Positions 1-10,416 of a stretch of DNA of 13,799 nucleotides are shown here, piece by piece (the stretch's first letter is position 1; each line of letters starts with the position of its first letter). The notes beneath the pieces are model-generated. The model made no database searches. It saw only the letters and a list, made by a program, of their open reading frames with translations, and was not told where the DNA came from. The position numbers and the translations under genes are program-made. Location of the stretch: NCBI RefSeq assembly GCF_006345805.1, contig NW_021826638.1, positions 1 to 13,799 of the forward strand. The letters are read 5' to 3'. This stretch comes from Octopus sinensis. Lineage: Eukaryota.

Positions 1-2005
1 AGAAGAAAAAGAGGGAAAAAAGGGGCAGAGGAGAAAAAGCGATCAATAGGGATCGTGTATCACAGTGTCATGATGTATGGTGTAAAAGGGGCAGATAAGG
101 TTTATCCGTGGGAAGAAAAGCCTACGAAAAGACCACGGTAACCTTGGTCAATATTGTTATATGTTACCGCATTTGTTTGCAAGTGGGTAACCCTCTGTTT
201 CAATTTCTGGTTCATAGGATTATGCTCAAGGTGGCTTCGTCATTCATACGCCATCCTTGCTACATTCACCCATCTTTTTTTAAAACGTTCGCTAGACAAA
301 ACTTGCCTCTCTACTCTCACTTTCCTTTTCAAGTGGTACTTGAAGAAGTTGATGAGAGGTTGACCAGAGAGGAAAGTGTTTGTCTCCAATCCTTTCAGAC
401 GCGTCTACCAGATACATTCTTTCGCCATAGTCACAAGGATGATGAAAATAGCTCTTCCTTCCCGTTTGAAGGAAGGAGGCGTGACAATATGGAGATAGAC
501 TCAGCTGATAACCAACACGTCCCACACGTAACAGCAGTTGTTCGACATAAGCCCACAGGTCGGAAATTGTTGGACACTGCACGAGTGCGTGCAGAACGTT
601 TCGTCGCTCTGACCGCATCTCGGGCAGGTCGGGCCCCGTGTTTCTCGAGCCGTGTCTGTAGAGCTTATCCCGAACGGGTAGCGCTTCTCGGTAGCACTGC
701 CAGGCCAGGGATCTCTGGAAGTTGTCCATGGGCCCTGGCCCGAAAGTAGTCCCGAACAGGCGGGTCAGGTATTCCTCGTCGACGTCCAGGTTTGCCCCGA
801 GCTCATCGTCGTACCTCCCCTCCACTAATCCCCTATAGAATGCTTTGGTTGTGATGGAGTCACTCAAGGTTGACCCAGGACGGCAGAGTTGCTTGAGAGC
901 AACGCGACACTCGCGATGCCATTCGCCCTTCCTCGGCCTCTTTTTGATCTACAATTGCATTTCGGTCATGGAGACGAGCTGCGGGAACGCGTGCCTCACA
1001 AACGGTGACCACACCTGTTCACCGTCGTCTACGAAGAGCCTGAGATGTCGCAGTCTCAGCGCATGTCTGGCGCATCAACCACGGCATGCCCAGCCCTCCT
1101 TTTAACGGGAGTTGGCAGCAAATGAATCGTCTGACCATCGGGACGCATCCTTTCCACAAGAAACGAAAGAGAATACATTCTAGTTTGGTGACGGTAGGGT
1201 CGGAACAAGGCACGACGGTCAGGCGGTAGTAGATGATGGACGCGATGATGTACGTGTTCGCCACCTCCCGCCCGACCTTTTAGGGACAGTTTCCTCTCGG
1301 CCCATTGCTGGGCGAGAGTGACCACCCTACTCGTTATCTCGTTCCAGTTCTTCTCCATTTGGAGGTCCGGACTGAACCAGACCCGAGCAACTCGACCGGA
1401 CCGTCGGTCCAGCGTCCCACAACAGAGGCGCTGGTGGACGGCATGGGTTTGCTTCTCCAGGTGCCTAGTCGCAAGCCCACTGACTTTCCCGGTTGATTTT
1501 GCTCCTGTCACTGCTTCGTAGTTTTTCAGTGTCTCGCCGACCTGCTCGATGTGCTCGTGGCTAGACACTATGACGGTGACGTCGTCGCGTATGCAGACAC
1601 GCTCGTCCCGCATCCCAGTTCTCACGGGATGCCCCTCAGAGTTGCCAGCTTCCGCAATAGTGGCTCGAGAGTCAATACGTATAGAAGCGACGAGAGGGGG
1701 CATCCCTGACGAACGAACGTGCGATGTCGAAAGGTCTCGATAGATGTCATGGATGTCGGTCATGGATGTCCGGTCCGGCACGGTGCACGTTTGCGCCTTG
1801 CGACAGTTTTTCGATGACAAGCGCCAACCTCGCAACACCTTGGCCAAATCTTCAAGTCTGCATTAAGCAGAGTGATGGGCCTAAAGTTATCTATACATTC
1901 CCTTGTTAGATCTTCTTCAGCAGTGTTACTGCTCCTCGGCTCACAAAACATCGGCTCACAAAACCGGGAATGCTCCGTTTAGCTGCCAGTTTCAGTACAC
2001 GCTGC
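1..2005 (-). mobile_element. 5'-truncated, decayed L1/Tx1-clade non-LTR retrotransposon (RT + C-terminal CCHC region + 3' UTR; 3' end probably lies left of the window)
   Basis: Minus-strand translation across frameshifts gives NWQLNG.IPGFVSRGAVTLLKK, DNFRPITLLNADLKI, RQGCPLS.LLYVLTLEPLL, a YADD motif with a 1-nt deletion (1581-1591), YEAVTGAK, WAERKLSLKGRA, FRFLWKG, GGLGMP and LPVRDKL..CPRC...HALVQC. These are L1/Tx1 ORF2 hallmarks (family knowledge). Much more GC-rich than its flanks. Confidence 0.9.
212..2005 (-). pseudogene. Broken ORF2 (reverse transcriptase, zinc knuckle) of the L1/Tx1 element; endonuclease absent
   Basis: Pieces lie in ORFs 1760-1951, 1056-1847, 1019-1264 and 292-867. 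Reconstructed C-terminus ...KRWVNVARM..MNDEATLSIIL ends at TGA 214-212. Multiple frameshifts, at least one in-frame stop, and an internal deletion near 1745. Confidence 0.85.
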
Positions 2006-2065
<60 letters not shown>

Positions 2066-2139
2066 CTAGTAATAATATAATAAAATAATAATAATAATAA
2101 TATTAAATAATAATAGTAATAATAATAATAATAATAATA

Positions 2140-2174
<35 letters not shown>

Positions 2175-2194
2175 TGATGATGATGATGATAATA

Positions 2195-2241
<47 letters not shown>
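2006..2241. repeat. (AAT)n microsatellite with (GAT)n insert
   Basis: Direct reading. Confidence 0.97.
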
Positions 2242-2247
<6 letters not shown>

Positions 2248-2401
2248 CCTTTTTTTTTAGACATTCATTAGTACACATCCCCACCCCTGAATATATGGCA
2301 CCTAGGATAACAACAACATGGACTTCCAACCCTGTTGTCTCTTGAGGTCTCTGGTGAGATTGGAGCCACTTGTACAAATATAAAGCAAAAGTCAAACATA
2401 G

Positions 2402-3299
<898 letters not shown>

Positions 3300-3325
3300 C
3301 TTCTACTAAAGGCAGAAGGCCTGAA

Positions 3326-3509
3326 ATTTGGGGAAGGATGATTAGTCAATTACAATGACCCCAGTGTTTCACTGATAGTTAATTTATTGACCCTGAAAGG
3401 ATGAAAGTCAAAGTCTACCTTGGTGGAATTTGAACTCAGAACATAAAGGTGAATAAAATGCTGCTAAGCATTTTGTCCAATGTGCTAATGTTTCTGCCAT
3501 CTTGCCGCC
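3326..3509 (-). mobile_element. Degenerate tRNA-derived SINE (Octopus-like family)
   Basis: Minus strand starts GGCGGCAAGATGGCAGAAAC (A-box-like) and has B-box-like GAGTTCAAATTCC (3437-3425). The plus-strand core gaccctgaaaggatgaaagtcaaagtc...ggaatttgaactcagaac recurs at ~3625 and ~4380. Family assignment is from recollection. Confidence 0.7.
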
Positions 3510-3511
3510 AT

Positions 3512-3546
3512 AATGATAATGATGATGATGATGATGATGATGATGA
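3512..3546. repeat. (GAT)n microsatellite
   Basis: Direct reading. Confidence 0.9.
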
Positions 3547-3579
3547 AGATAAAAACAATTTTGGTAAAGTGGAATATAT

Positions 3580-3738
3580 AGTCCATTAATCAACCCCAGT
3601 ACTCAACTGGTACCTATTTTACTGACCCTAACAGGATGAAAGGCAAAGTCAGCTTCATGGTAATCAGAATTTGGAATGTAAAGTCAGAAGAAATGCTACT
3701 AAGCGTTTTGCCTGATGTGCTCACATTTCCGTCACCTT
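3580..3738 (-). mobile_element. Second, more degenerate copy of the same SINE
   Basis: ccccagtactcaactggtacctattttactgaccctaacaggatgaaaggcaaagtc...atgctactaagcgttttgcc aligns by eye to 3358-3490. Confidence 0.65.
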
Positions 3739-3780
3739 AACAACAATAACAACAACAATACTAATAATAAAATGTGCTGT

Positions 3781-4294
3781 TTAGCCCTTGGTCAACCCTG
3801 ACTGCGCAGGCCTGAGATCAAAAGCATTCTAGCTGTGACCATCCTGTTTTTCCTATTTGCAATGACCCATAACCATGTGGTTCACATGTCCTTGTTTTAA
3901 GATACGAGGCAGATGTGGCTGCTACATCTAACAGACCGAACCACCATACACGATCTCTCATTGGTTCATTATTATTAGCTTGTGCAAATAAATAGACAGG
4001 AACAGTTTGACAGGACCCTGCTTAGATTTTCAGTAGACGCATCAGATAGCATTTTTATCTGATGTACTTACTACTACCACAGATAACTGTGGTTGTTCAA
4101 TATGATTGAGTATTGGGTATATCTATTGATGAGGGGGTCTATTCATATCCATTCCCTGTCTTCAGTCATCATATGTTGTCAGAATCATAAGGATGCCTTC
4201 CTCACACTCATATTTGGGTATTTTAAACATGATGTAGCTAACCCTCTCTCTGTTAAACCACAGTGGAAATCTTCAAAGAAAAAGAGAGAAAGAG

Positions 4295-4325
<31 letters not shown>

Positions 4326-4342
4326 ATGAGAGAGTGCAAAAT
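3781..4342 (+). repeat. Block X, copy 1 (direct segmental duplicate of 13212-13799)
   Basis: ttagcccttggtcaaccctgactg...cagtggaaatct...(GA)n...atgagagagtg.aaaat matches 13212-13799 with scattered mismatches; offset 9431 bp at the left end. Confidence 0.95.
4283..4333. repeat. (GA)n microsatellite
   Basis: Direct reading. Confidence 0.9.
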
Positions 4343-4359
4343 ATAATGATGTATTCCTT

Positions 4360-4465
4360 TCAGTACCTGATGTTGTATTGAAAGAATGAAAAAGCAAAGT
4401 TGACGTTGATGGGATTTGAACTCAGGGCACAGAATGCCAGAATGACTACTTCAATACATTCTAAG
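4360..4465 (-). mobile_element. Third, highly degenerate SINE fragment
   Basis: gaaagaatgaaaaagcaaagttgacgttgatgggatttgaactcag resembles the SINE core at 3396-3439. Confidence 0.5.
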
Positions 4466-5791
4466 CAATCCGCTAAAAATCCTGTCGAATCCCAAGTAAC
4501 AACTGGCAGTATTTAATGCATGGAACATGCTTGGATGGAGTTGAAAGGCAAGGGGAGGTAATCCCTGTTTTTCTTTACCAGTGAGTGTTGCTAATTAAAC
4601 ATCACCCATGTTGCTAATTGCACTTTAATTAGCAGATCGTTCGCAGTCATTATCTCCTGTGTTAACATTCTTTATTTACATTTGACAGCAGTTCATTATA
4701 AAAAATCTATTTGAAATGTCTCATCTTGTCAATCGGTTTCTACTATTTGGTTATTAATAACCAATTTTGAATATGTTTTCATAATGATGCCTTTAATTGA
4801 CTTATGTCTGCAAGTTATTTGAAGTATGATAATTTCTTTTGTTTTATTCCAGTTTGTGAATTTGTTTCATATTAAAATTTTGTATGAAGTCACTACGTTT
4901 TACCCCCTTAATACATTTTGTTTGATTTTTAAATTTAAAAATTTAAAGCAAGATAAAAAGAAAAGAAAAAACAGTTTTATTAGAAGCAGTGTTATATATT
5001 TTTAATATAAAAATGAGAAATTTAAAGCAAATATTTGAACAGCATTGTTAAAAACAACAACATTGTGTAATTCCTTCTGTCAAATATAATTCTTCAGAAA
5101 AGAACAAGCATTATCAATGTATTCTGTTTTTAATTTAATTATTTCTTCTCAATTCAATTTAGCTGTTTTCAAATTATTTAAGAGATTGCACTTGTGTAGA
5201 TAATGCAACACTTAAGGGACATCGATAATTGAACAAGACAAGTTTACATGTTTTCAGTTAATAATTTCATTACTTAATTTCAACAGGAATAATCCTTTAC
5301 AAGAGTCTTCCCCATGACCACCACCTCTCCTCCCACTCATCCTTCCAGACCTTCTCTTCAGGCTAAAAAATTATTCTCAATTTTCAGTTTTCCAGGAAGC
5401 AAACGAATGTATCTGCCAATAATTTCCTAAACATATTTTTGATATTTTTGAGCAAACAGACAACTGACTAAAATCATTATTATTATTATTATTATTATAT
5501 AACATATTGAATTCTTCAGGCTGGAATTACCTATAAAATATATTTATATTGGAGTATTAGAGTGGATGGGGATGAGGGGAAGGAAGGATATTTTTAAATC
5601 CTTCATTTACTGATGAAGTAATTTTAATTACACATAATTTTATGAGTTAAAATAAACAAGACACTGGAACGCCATCCTTCTCCACCGCCATTAATACAAA
5701 GATAATGAAGAACATAATCCAACCAACATCTATTTCACAAAGACACAAATATTAAAGTAAACAATATTCTTGAAAAAAAATTTCTCCTTCT

Positions 5792-6119
5792 CATACATAC
5801 TCATACATACGCTTATACTCATTCATACATATATATATATATACATGTATATATATATTAGATATGATATATATATATATATATAGGCATACATACATAT
5901 ATAATAAATATATACATGTATGTATGTATATATATATATATAATATTATTATATATATATAGTTATATGCATGTATATATATATAGATATATATATATAC
6001 ATACATATATAACATAAATACATAATACATACCTATATACATACATGTGTAGATATATATATATATATATATAATATATACATATATATATATACATACA
6101 TATATACATAGTATTTGCA

Positions 6120-6155
<36 letters not shown>

Positions 6156-6256
6156 CAACATATATACATACATATAAACATACATATATACATACATGTA
6201 TATATATATATATATATAATATAATATATATATATATATAATATATAATTTATATA
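5792..6256. repeat. Compound (TA)n/(TACA)n microsatellite block
   Basis: Direct reading. Confidence 0.95.
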
Positions 6257-6576
6257 ACTTAGAATAACTTAGAAAGGTTTTGACCAGTATTGGCCCAGGC
6301 CATGTCTAACTTAATAGCACCACCTGGCGAAGTCTTTCATTCAGGATTTGGGCACCAAGCCCATTCGAGCTGACAGTTATTCTTTGCGGAGACATATCTT
6401 TGTGTGGATGGTTTGTCCGGGACTGTTTGAAGGAATTTGTCCAAAGACTTCTTGAATTTTGTGTCGTCAGTTTCTGTTTTGACGTGTCCTGGTGTAATGT
6501 TGAAGAGAGCGGTTCCAAATGAGATAAAATGATTGTGCCGTATTGTTGTTATGAGATGCGATTTAGATTTCTGTTG
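6257..6576 (-). mobile_element. CR1-clade LINE 3' stub (copy A)
   Basis: Near-identical to 8892-9213; encodes the ORF2 C-terminal region (FNIT..HVKT.T..KFKKSLDKFLQTVPDKPSTQRYVSAKNN) and the (TTCTAAGTTA)2-like tail. Confidence 0.92.
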
Positions 6577-7063
6577 CTAATTTTACTTTAATTAGCAGAT
6601 CGTTCGCAGTCATTATCTCCTGTGTTAACATTTCCTTTATTTACATTGGACAGCAGTTCATTATAAAAAGTCTATTTGAAATGTCTCATCTTGTCAATCG
6701 GTTTTCTACTATTTGTTTATAATACCAATTTTGAATATGTTTTCATAATGATGCTTTAATGACTTATCATTATTATATAACATTGAATTCTTCAGGCTGG
6801 AATTACCTATGAAACATATTTATATGGAGTATTAGAGTGGATGGGTGGGGGGGAAGGAAGGATATTTTTAAATCCCATTGATTTTATTTTGAAGTATTAA
6901 TTACCATAATTTATGAGTTCAAATAAACAAAAGACACTGGAACGCCATCCTTCTCCCCCGCCATTAATACAAAGATAATGAGAACATAATCCAACCAACA
7001 TCTATTTCACAAAGACACAAATATTAAAGTAAACAATATTCTTGAAAAAAAATTTCTCCTTCT

Positions 7064-7108
7064 CATACATACTCATACATACGCTTATACTCATACATAC
7101 AAATATAT

Positions 7109-7162
<54 letters not shown>

Positions 7163-7517
7163 TATATATATAATATAATATATATATATGCATACATACA
7201 TATATACATAATATATACATTGTAGTATGTATAGATATATATATATAATATATATTATATATATATATAGTTATATGCATGTATATATATATAGATATAT
7301 AATATACATACATACATATATACATAAATACATATATACATACATATATACATACATGTGTATATATATATATAATATATATATATATATACAATATATA
7401 TATACATACATATATAATAGTTATTTGCATGCATATATTATATATATATAGATATATATACATACACACATATATACATACATATAAACATACATATATA
7501 CATACATGTATATATAT

Positions 7518-7569
<52 letters not shown>
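7064..7569. repeat. Compound (TA)n/(TACA)n microsatellite block
   Basis: Direct reading; homologous to 5792-6256. Confidence 0.95.
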
Positions 7570-7890
7570 ACTTAGAATAACTTAGAAAGGTTTTGACCAG
7601 TATTGGCCCAGGCATGTCTAACTAATAGCACCACCTGGCGAAGTCTTTCAATTCGGGATTTGGGCACCAAGGCCCATTCGAGCTGACAGTTATTCTTTGC
7701 GGAGACATATCTTTGTGTGGATGGTTTGTCCGGGACTGTTTGAAGGAATTTGGTCCAAAGACTTCTTGAATTTGGTGTCGTCAGTTTCTGTTTTGACGTG
7801 TCCTGGTGTAATGTTGAAGAGAGCGGTTCCAAATGAGATAAAATGATTGTGCCGTATTGTTGTTATGAGATGCGATTTAGATTTCTGTTG
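7570..7890 (-). mobile_element. CR1-clade LINE 3' stub (copy B)
   Basis: Near-identical to 6257-6576, with the same breakpoint (tttctgttg|ctaatt). Confidence 0.92.
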
Positions 7891-8686
7891 CTAATTTTAC
7901 TTTAATTAGCAGATCGTTCGCAGTCATTATCTCCTGTGTTAACATTTCCTTTATTTACATTGGACAGCAGTTCATTATAAAAAGTCTATTTGAAATGTCT
8001 CATCTTGTCAATCGGTTTCTACTATTTGGTTATTAATAACCAAATTTTGAATATGTTTTCATAATGATGCCTTTAATGACTTATCATTATTATATAACAT
8101 TGAATTCTTCAGGCTGGAATTACCTATGAAACATATTTATATTGGAGTATTAGAGTGGATGGGGATGGGGGGAAGGAAGGATATTTTTAAATCCTTCATT
8201 TACTGATGAAGTAATTTTAATTACACATAATTTTATGAGTTCAAATAAACAAAAGACACTGGAACGCCATCCTTCTCCCCCGCCATTAATACAAAGATAA
8301 TGGAGAACATAATCCAACCAACATCTATTTCACAAAGACACAAATATTAAAGTAAACAATATTCTTGAAAAAAAATTCTTCCTTCTCATACATATCATAC
8401 ATACGCTTATACTCATACATACAAATATATATATAGTATTATATATATATGATATATATATATAATTATATATTATATATAATATATATATATAATATAG
8501 ATATATATAGATATTTATACTACATATATACATAGATATATACATGTATGTATGTATGTATGTTATATATATATATATATATATAGATATATATATATAG
8601 TTATATGCATGTATATATATATATAGATATATATATACATACATACATATATACATAAATACATATATACATACATATATACATAC

Positions 8687-8717
<31 letters not shown>

Positions 8718-8840
8718 GATATATATTATATACATATAAATATATACATACATATATACATAGTTTATGCATGCATATATATAGATATATATAGATATAT
8801 ACATACACACATATATACATACATATATACATACCTATAT

Positions 8841-8891
<51 letters not shown>

Positions 8892-9213
8892 ACTTAGAAT
8901 AACTTAGAATGGTTTTGACCAGTATTGGCCCAGGCCATGTCTAACTTAATAGCACCACCTGGCGAAGTCTTTCAATTCAGGATTTGGGCACCAAGGCCCA
9001 TTCGAGCTGACAGTTATTCTTTGCGGAGACATATCTTGGTGTGGATGGTTTGTCCGGGACTGTTTGAAGGAATTTGTCCAAAGTCTTCTTGAATTTTGTG
9101 TGGTCAGTTTCTGTTTTGACGTGTTCTGCTGTAATGTTGAAGAGAGCGGTTCCAATTGAGATGAAATGATTGTGCCGTATTTTTGTTATGAGATGCGATT
9201 TAGATTTCTGTTG
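7886..9213 (+). repeat. Tandem unit 3 (~1.32 kb), running into the long CR1 copy
   Basis: Colinear with unit 2; at 9209-9213 tgttg continues as CR1 sequence (tggacgg) instead of looping back. Confidence 0.95.
8387..8891. repeat. Compound (TA)n/(TACA)n microsatellite block
   Basis: Direct reading. Confidence 0.95.
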
Positions 9214-10360
9214 TGGACGGATGGCACGTGGTCCAAGCCTTGGATGTATTTTGAAGGTGATGCCAACATCATTCGGACAGTGCTGATGGAATATTTTCCA
9301 CATCATACAGATATGTAGCGTTCACGGCGGTCGTTGGAGTGAAACAGTTTCAGTTTCACTAGTCTACCCTAGTAGTCAAGGGTAATCCATGCCATCTATC
9401 TTTTTTGTGATTGACCGTTGGGGAGCTTCAATTCTCATAATATTTTGTTTTGTGTAGGGAGACCACAGTGGACAGCAGTATTCAAGGTGTGGTGGGGCAA
9501 AAGTGGAGAAGAGAAGCATAATGGTGTGGGAATCTCTCGACTGGAAGGTTCTGAGAATCCAGGAACACATTCTGCGGGCCACATCAACTTTGCTGCTTAT
9601 ATGTGTAGCCCAGCTTATGTTGTTGTCCACTGTTACTCCCAAGTCTCTGATGTTGTTAGACGCCATGAGAATTTCTCCAGAAGGAAGGGAGTATGGGAGT
9701 TTTAGAGCGTCCTCCCTTCCAAAGTGGATCAGTTCGAATTTGTCTTCGTTTAGTAACATGTTATTCTTTTCCGCCCGTTGGAGAACAGCCAGTAGGTCTG
9801 ACTGAAGGCTTATTCGGTCATCCACGCCATTGATGACCTTCTGGAGCTTGGAATCATCAGCGAAAGTTCTGATGTTACTGTGTTTGATGGCGTCAGTAAT
9901 ATCATTTATGTAGATGATGAAGAGAAGTGGGTCCAACACAGTGCCTTGTGGGACACCACTGCTGACTTAGGCTGGGCTGGATTTGCCTCCTTCGACTACA
10001 TCATGTTGGGTTCTGTTAGACAGGAAGCACTTGATCCACTGTAGCAGCTTTCCAGTGACACCAATATTGGACAGCTTTCTCAAAAGGATCTTATGATCAA
10101 CCCTGTCAAAGGCCTTGCTGAAATCAAGGAAGATGACATCAGTGTTGGAGCCCTCTCCCAAGGCTCTCAAAATGACATCAAAATGATGCAGTAGCTGCGT
10201 CAGGCAATCTCTTCCATTACGGAATCCATGCTGGTTGGAGTTCAGCATATTATGACAGCCGAGGAAGTGAGTCATACGCGATCTCAGCACTCTCTCAAAT
10301 ACCTTAATGATATGAGAGGTGAGTGAGATTGGACGGTAATTCATGGCAAGCGATTTGTTT
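8892..10360 (-). mobile_element. 5'-truncated CR1-clade LINE (copy C): RT domain to 3' end, decayed
   Basis: NKSLAMNYRPISLTSHIIKVFER, QHGFRNGRDCLTQL, FLDFSKAFDRVDH, VSSGVPQGTVL.PLLF, FADDSKL, IRDLGV, HLEYCCPLWSP, LDKFLQTVPDKP (ORFs 9967-10344, 9376-9939, 8977-9306). Motif set typical of CR1/Jockey-group RTs. No endonuclease domain; internal stop at 9371-9369. Confidence 0.93.
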
Positions 10361-10369
10361 CATACATAT

Positions 10370-10416
<47 letters not shown>

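Larger units (their letters stand above)
4609..6576 (+). repeat. Tandem unit 1: block Y (with ~670 bp extra at 4806-5474) + TA block + CR1 3' stub
   Basis: tgttgctaatt..actttaattagcagatcgttcgcagtc starts at 4609, 6572 and 7886; the downstream sequence is colinear in all three units. Confidence 0.95.
6572..7890 (+). repeat. Tandem unit 2 (~1.31 kb)
   Basis: Colinear with units 1 and 3; lacks the 4806-5474 segment. Confidence 0.95.

Noticed and set aside
108-749. 213-aa plus-strand ORF (also 154-363, 845-1105, 1305-1909 ORFs)
   Set aside because: Antisense shadows of the GC-rich L1/Tx1 ORF2; no recognisable motifs.
3408-3593. ORF with a poly-His run
   Set aside because: Produced by (GAT)n plus SINE sequence.
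4093-4329. MFNMIEYW... ORF 'conserved' at 13524-13796
   Set aside because: Conservation is explained by recent duplication; the C-termini differ by frameshift and end in (GA)n.
4480-4590. Donor-like GAG|GTAATC (4558) and CCA|GTGAGT (4581)
   Set aside because: No matching upstream acceptor with an open frame; too weak to call an exon.
4833-5010. Acceptor-like tttcttttgttttattccAG followed by an open AT-rich frame
   Set aside because: No donor found; peptide is a low-complexity F/I/K/N product expected from AT-rich DNA.
6840-6862. G-rich tract as a G-quadruplex signal
   Set aside because: Run lengths differ among the three copies and lack four consistent GGG tracts; likely homopolymer noise.
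5791-8844. YIYI/MYVC-type ORFs
   Set aside because: Translation of (TA)n/(TACA)n blocks.
4609-9213. Tandem array as CRISPR-like or retron/DGR-like system associated with an RT
   Set aside because: Units are 1.3 kb with no repeat-spacer architecture; the RTs are eukaryotic non-LTR types, broken and 5'-truncated; no accessory genes.
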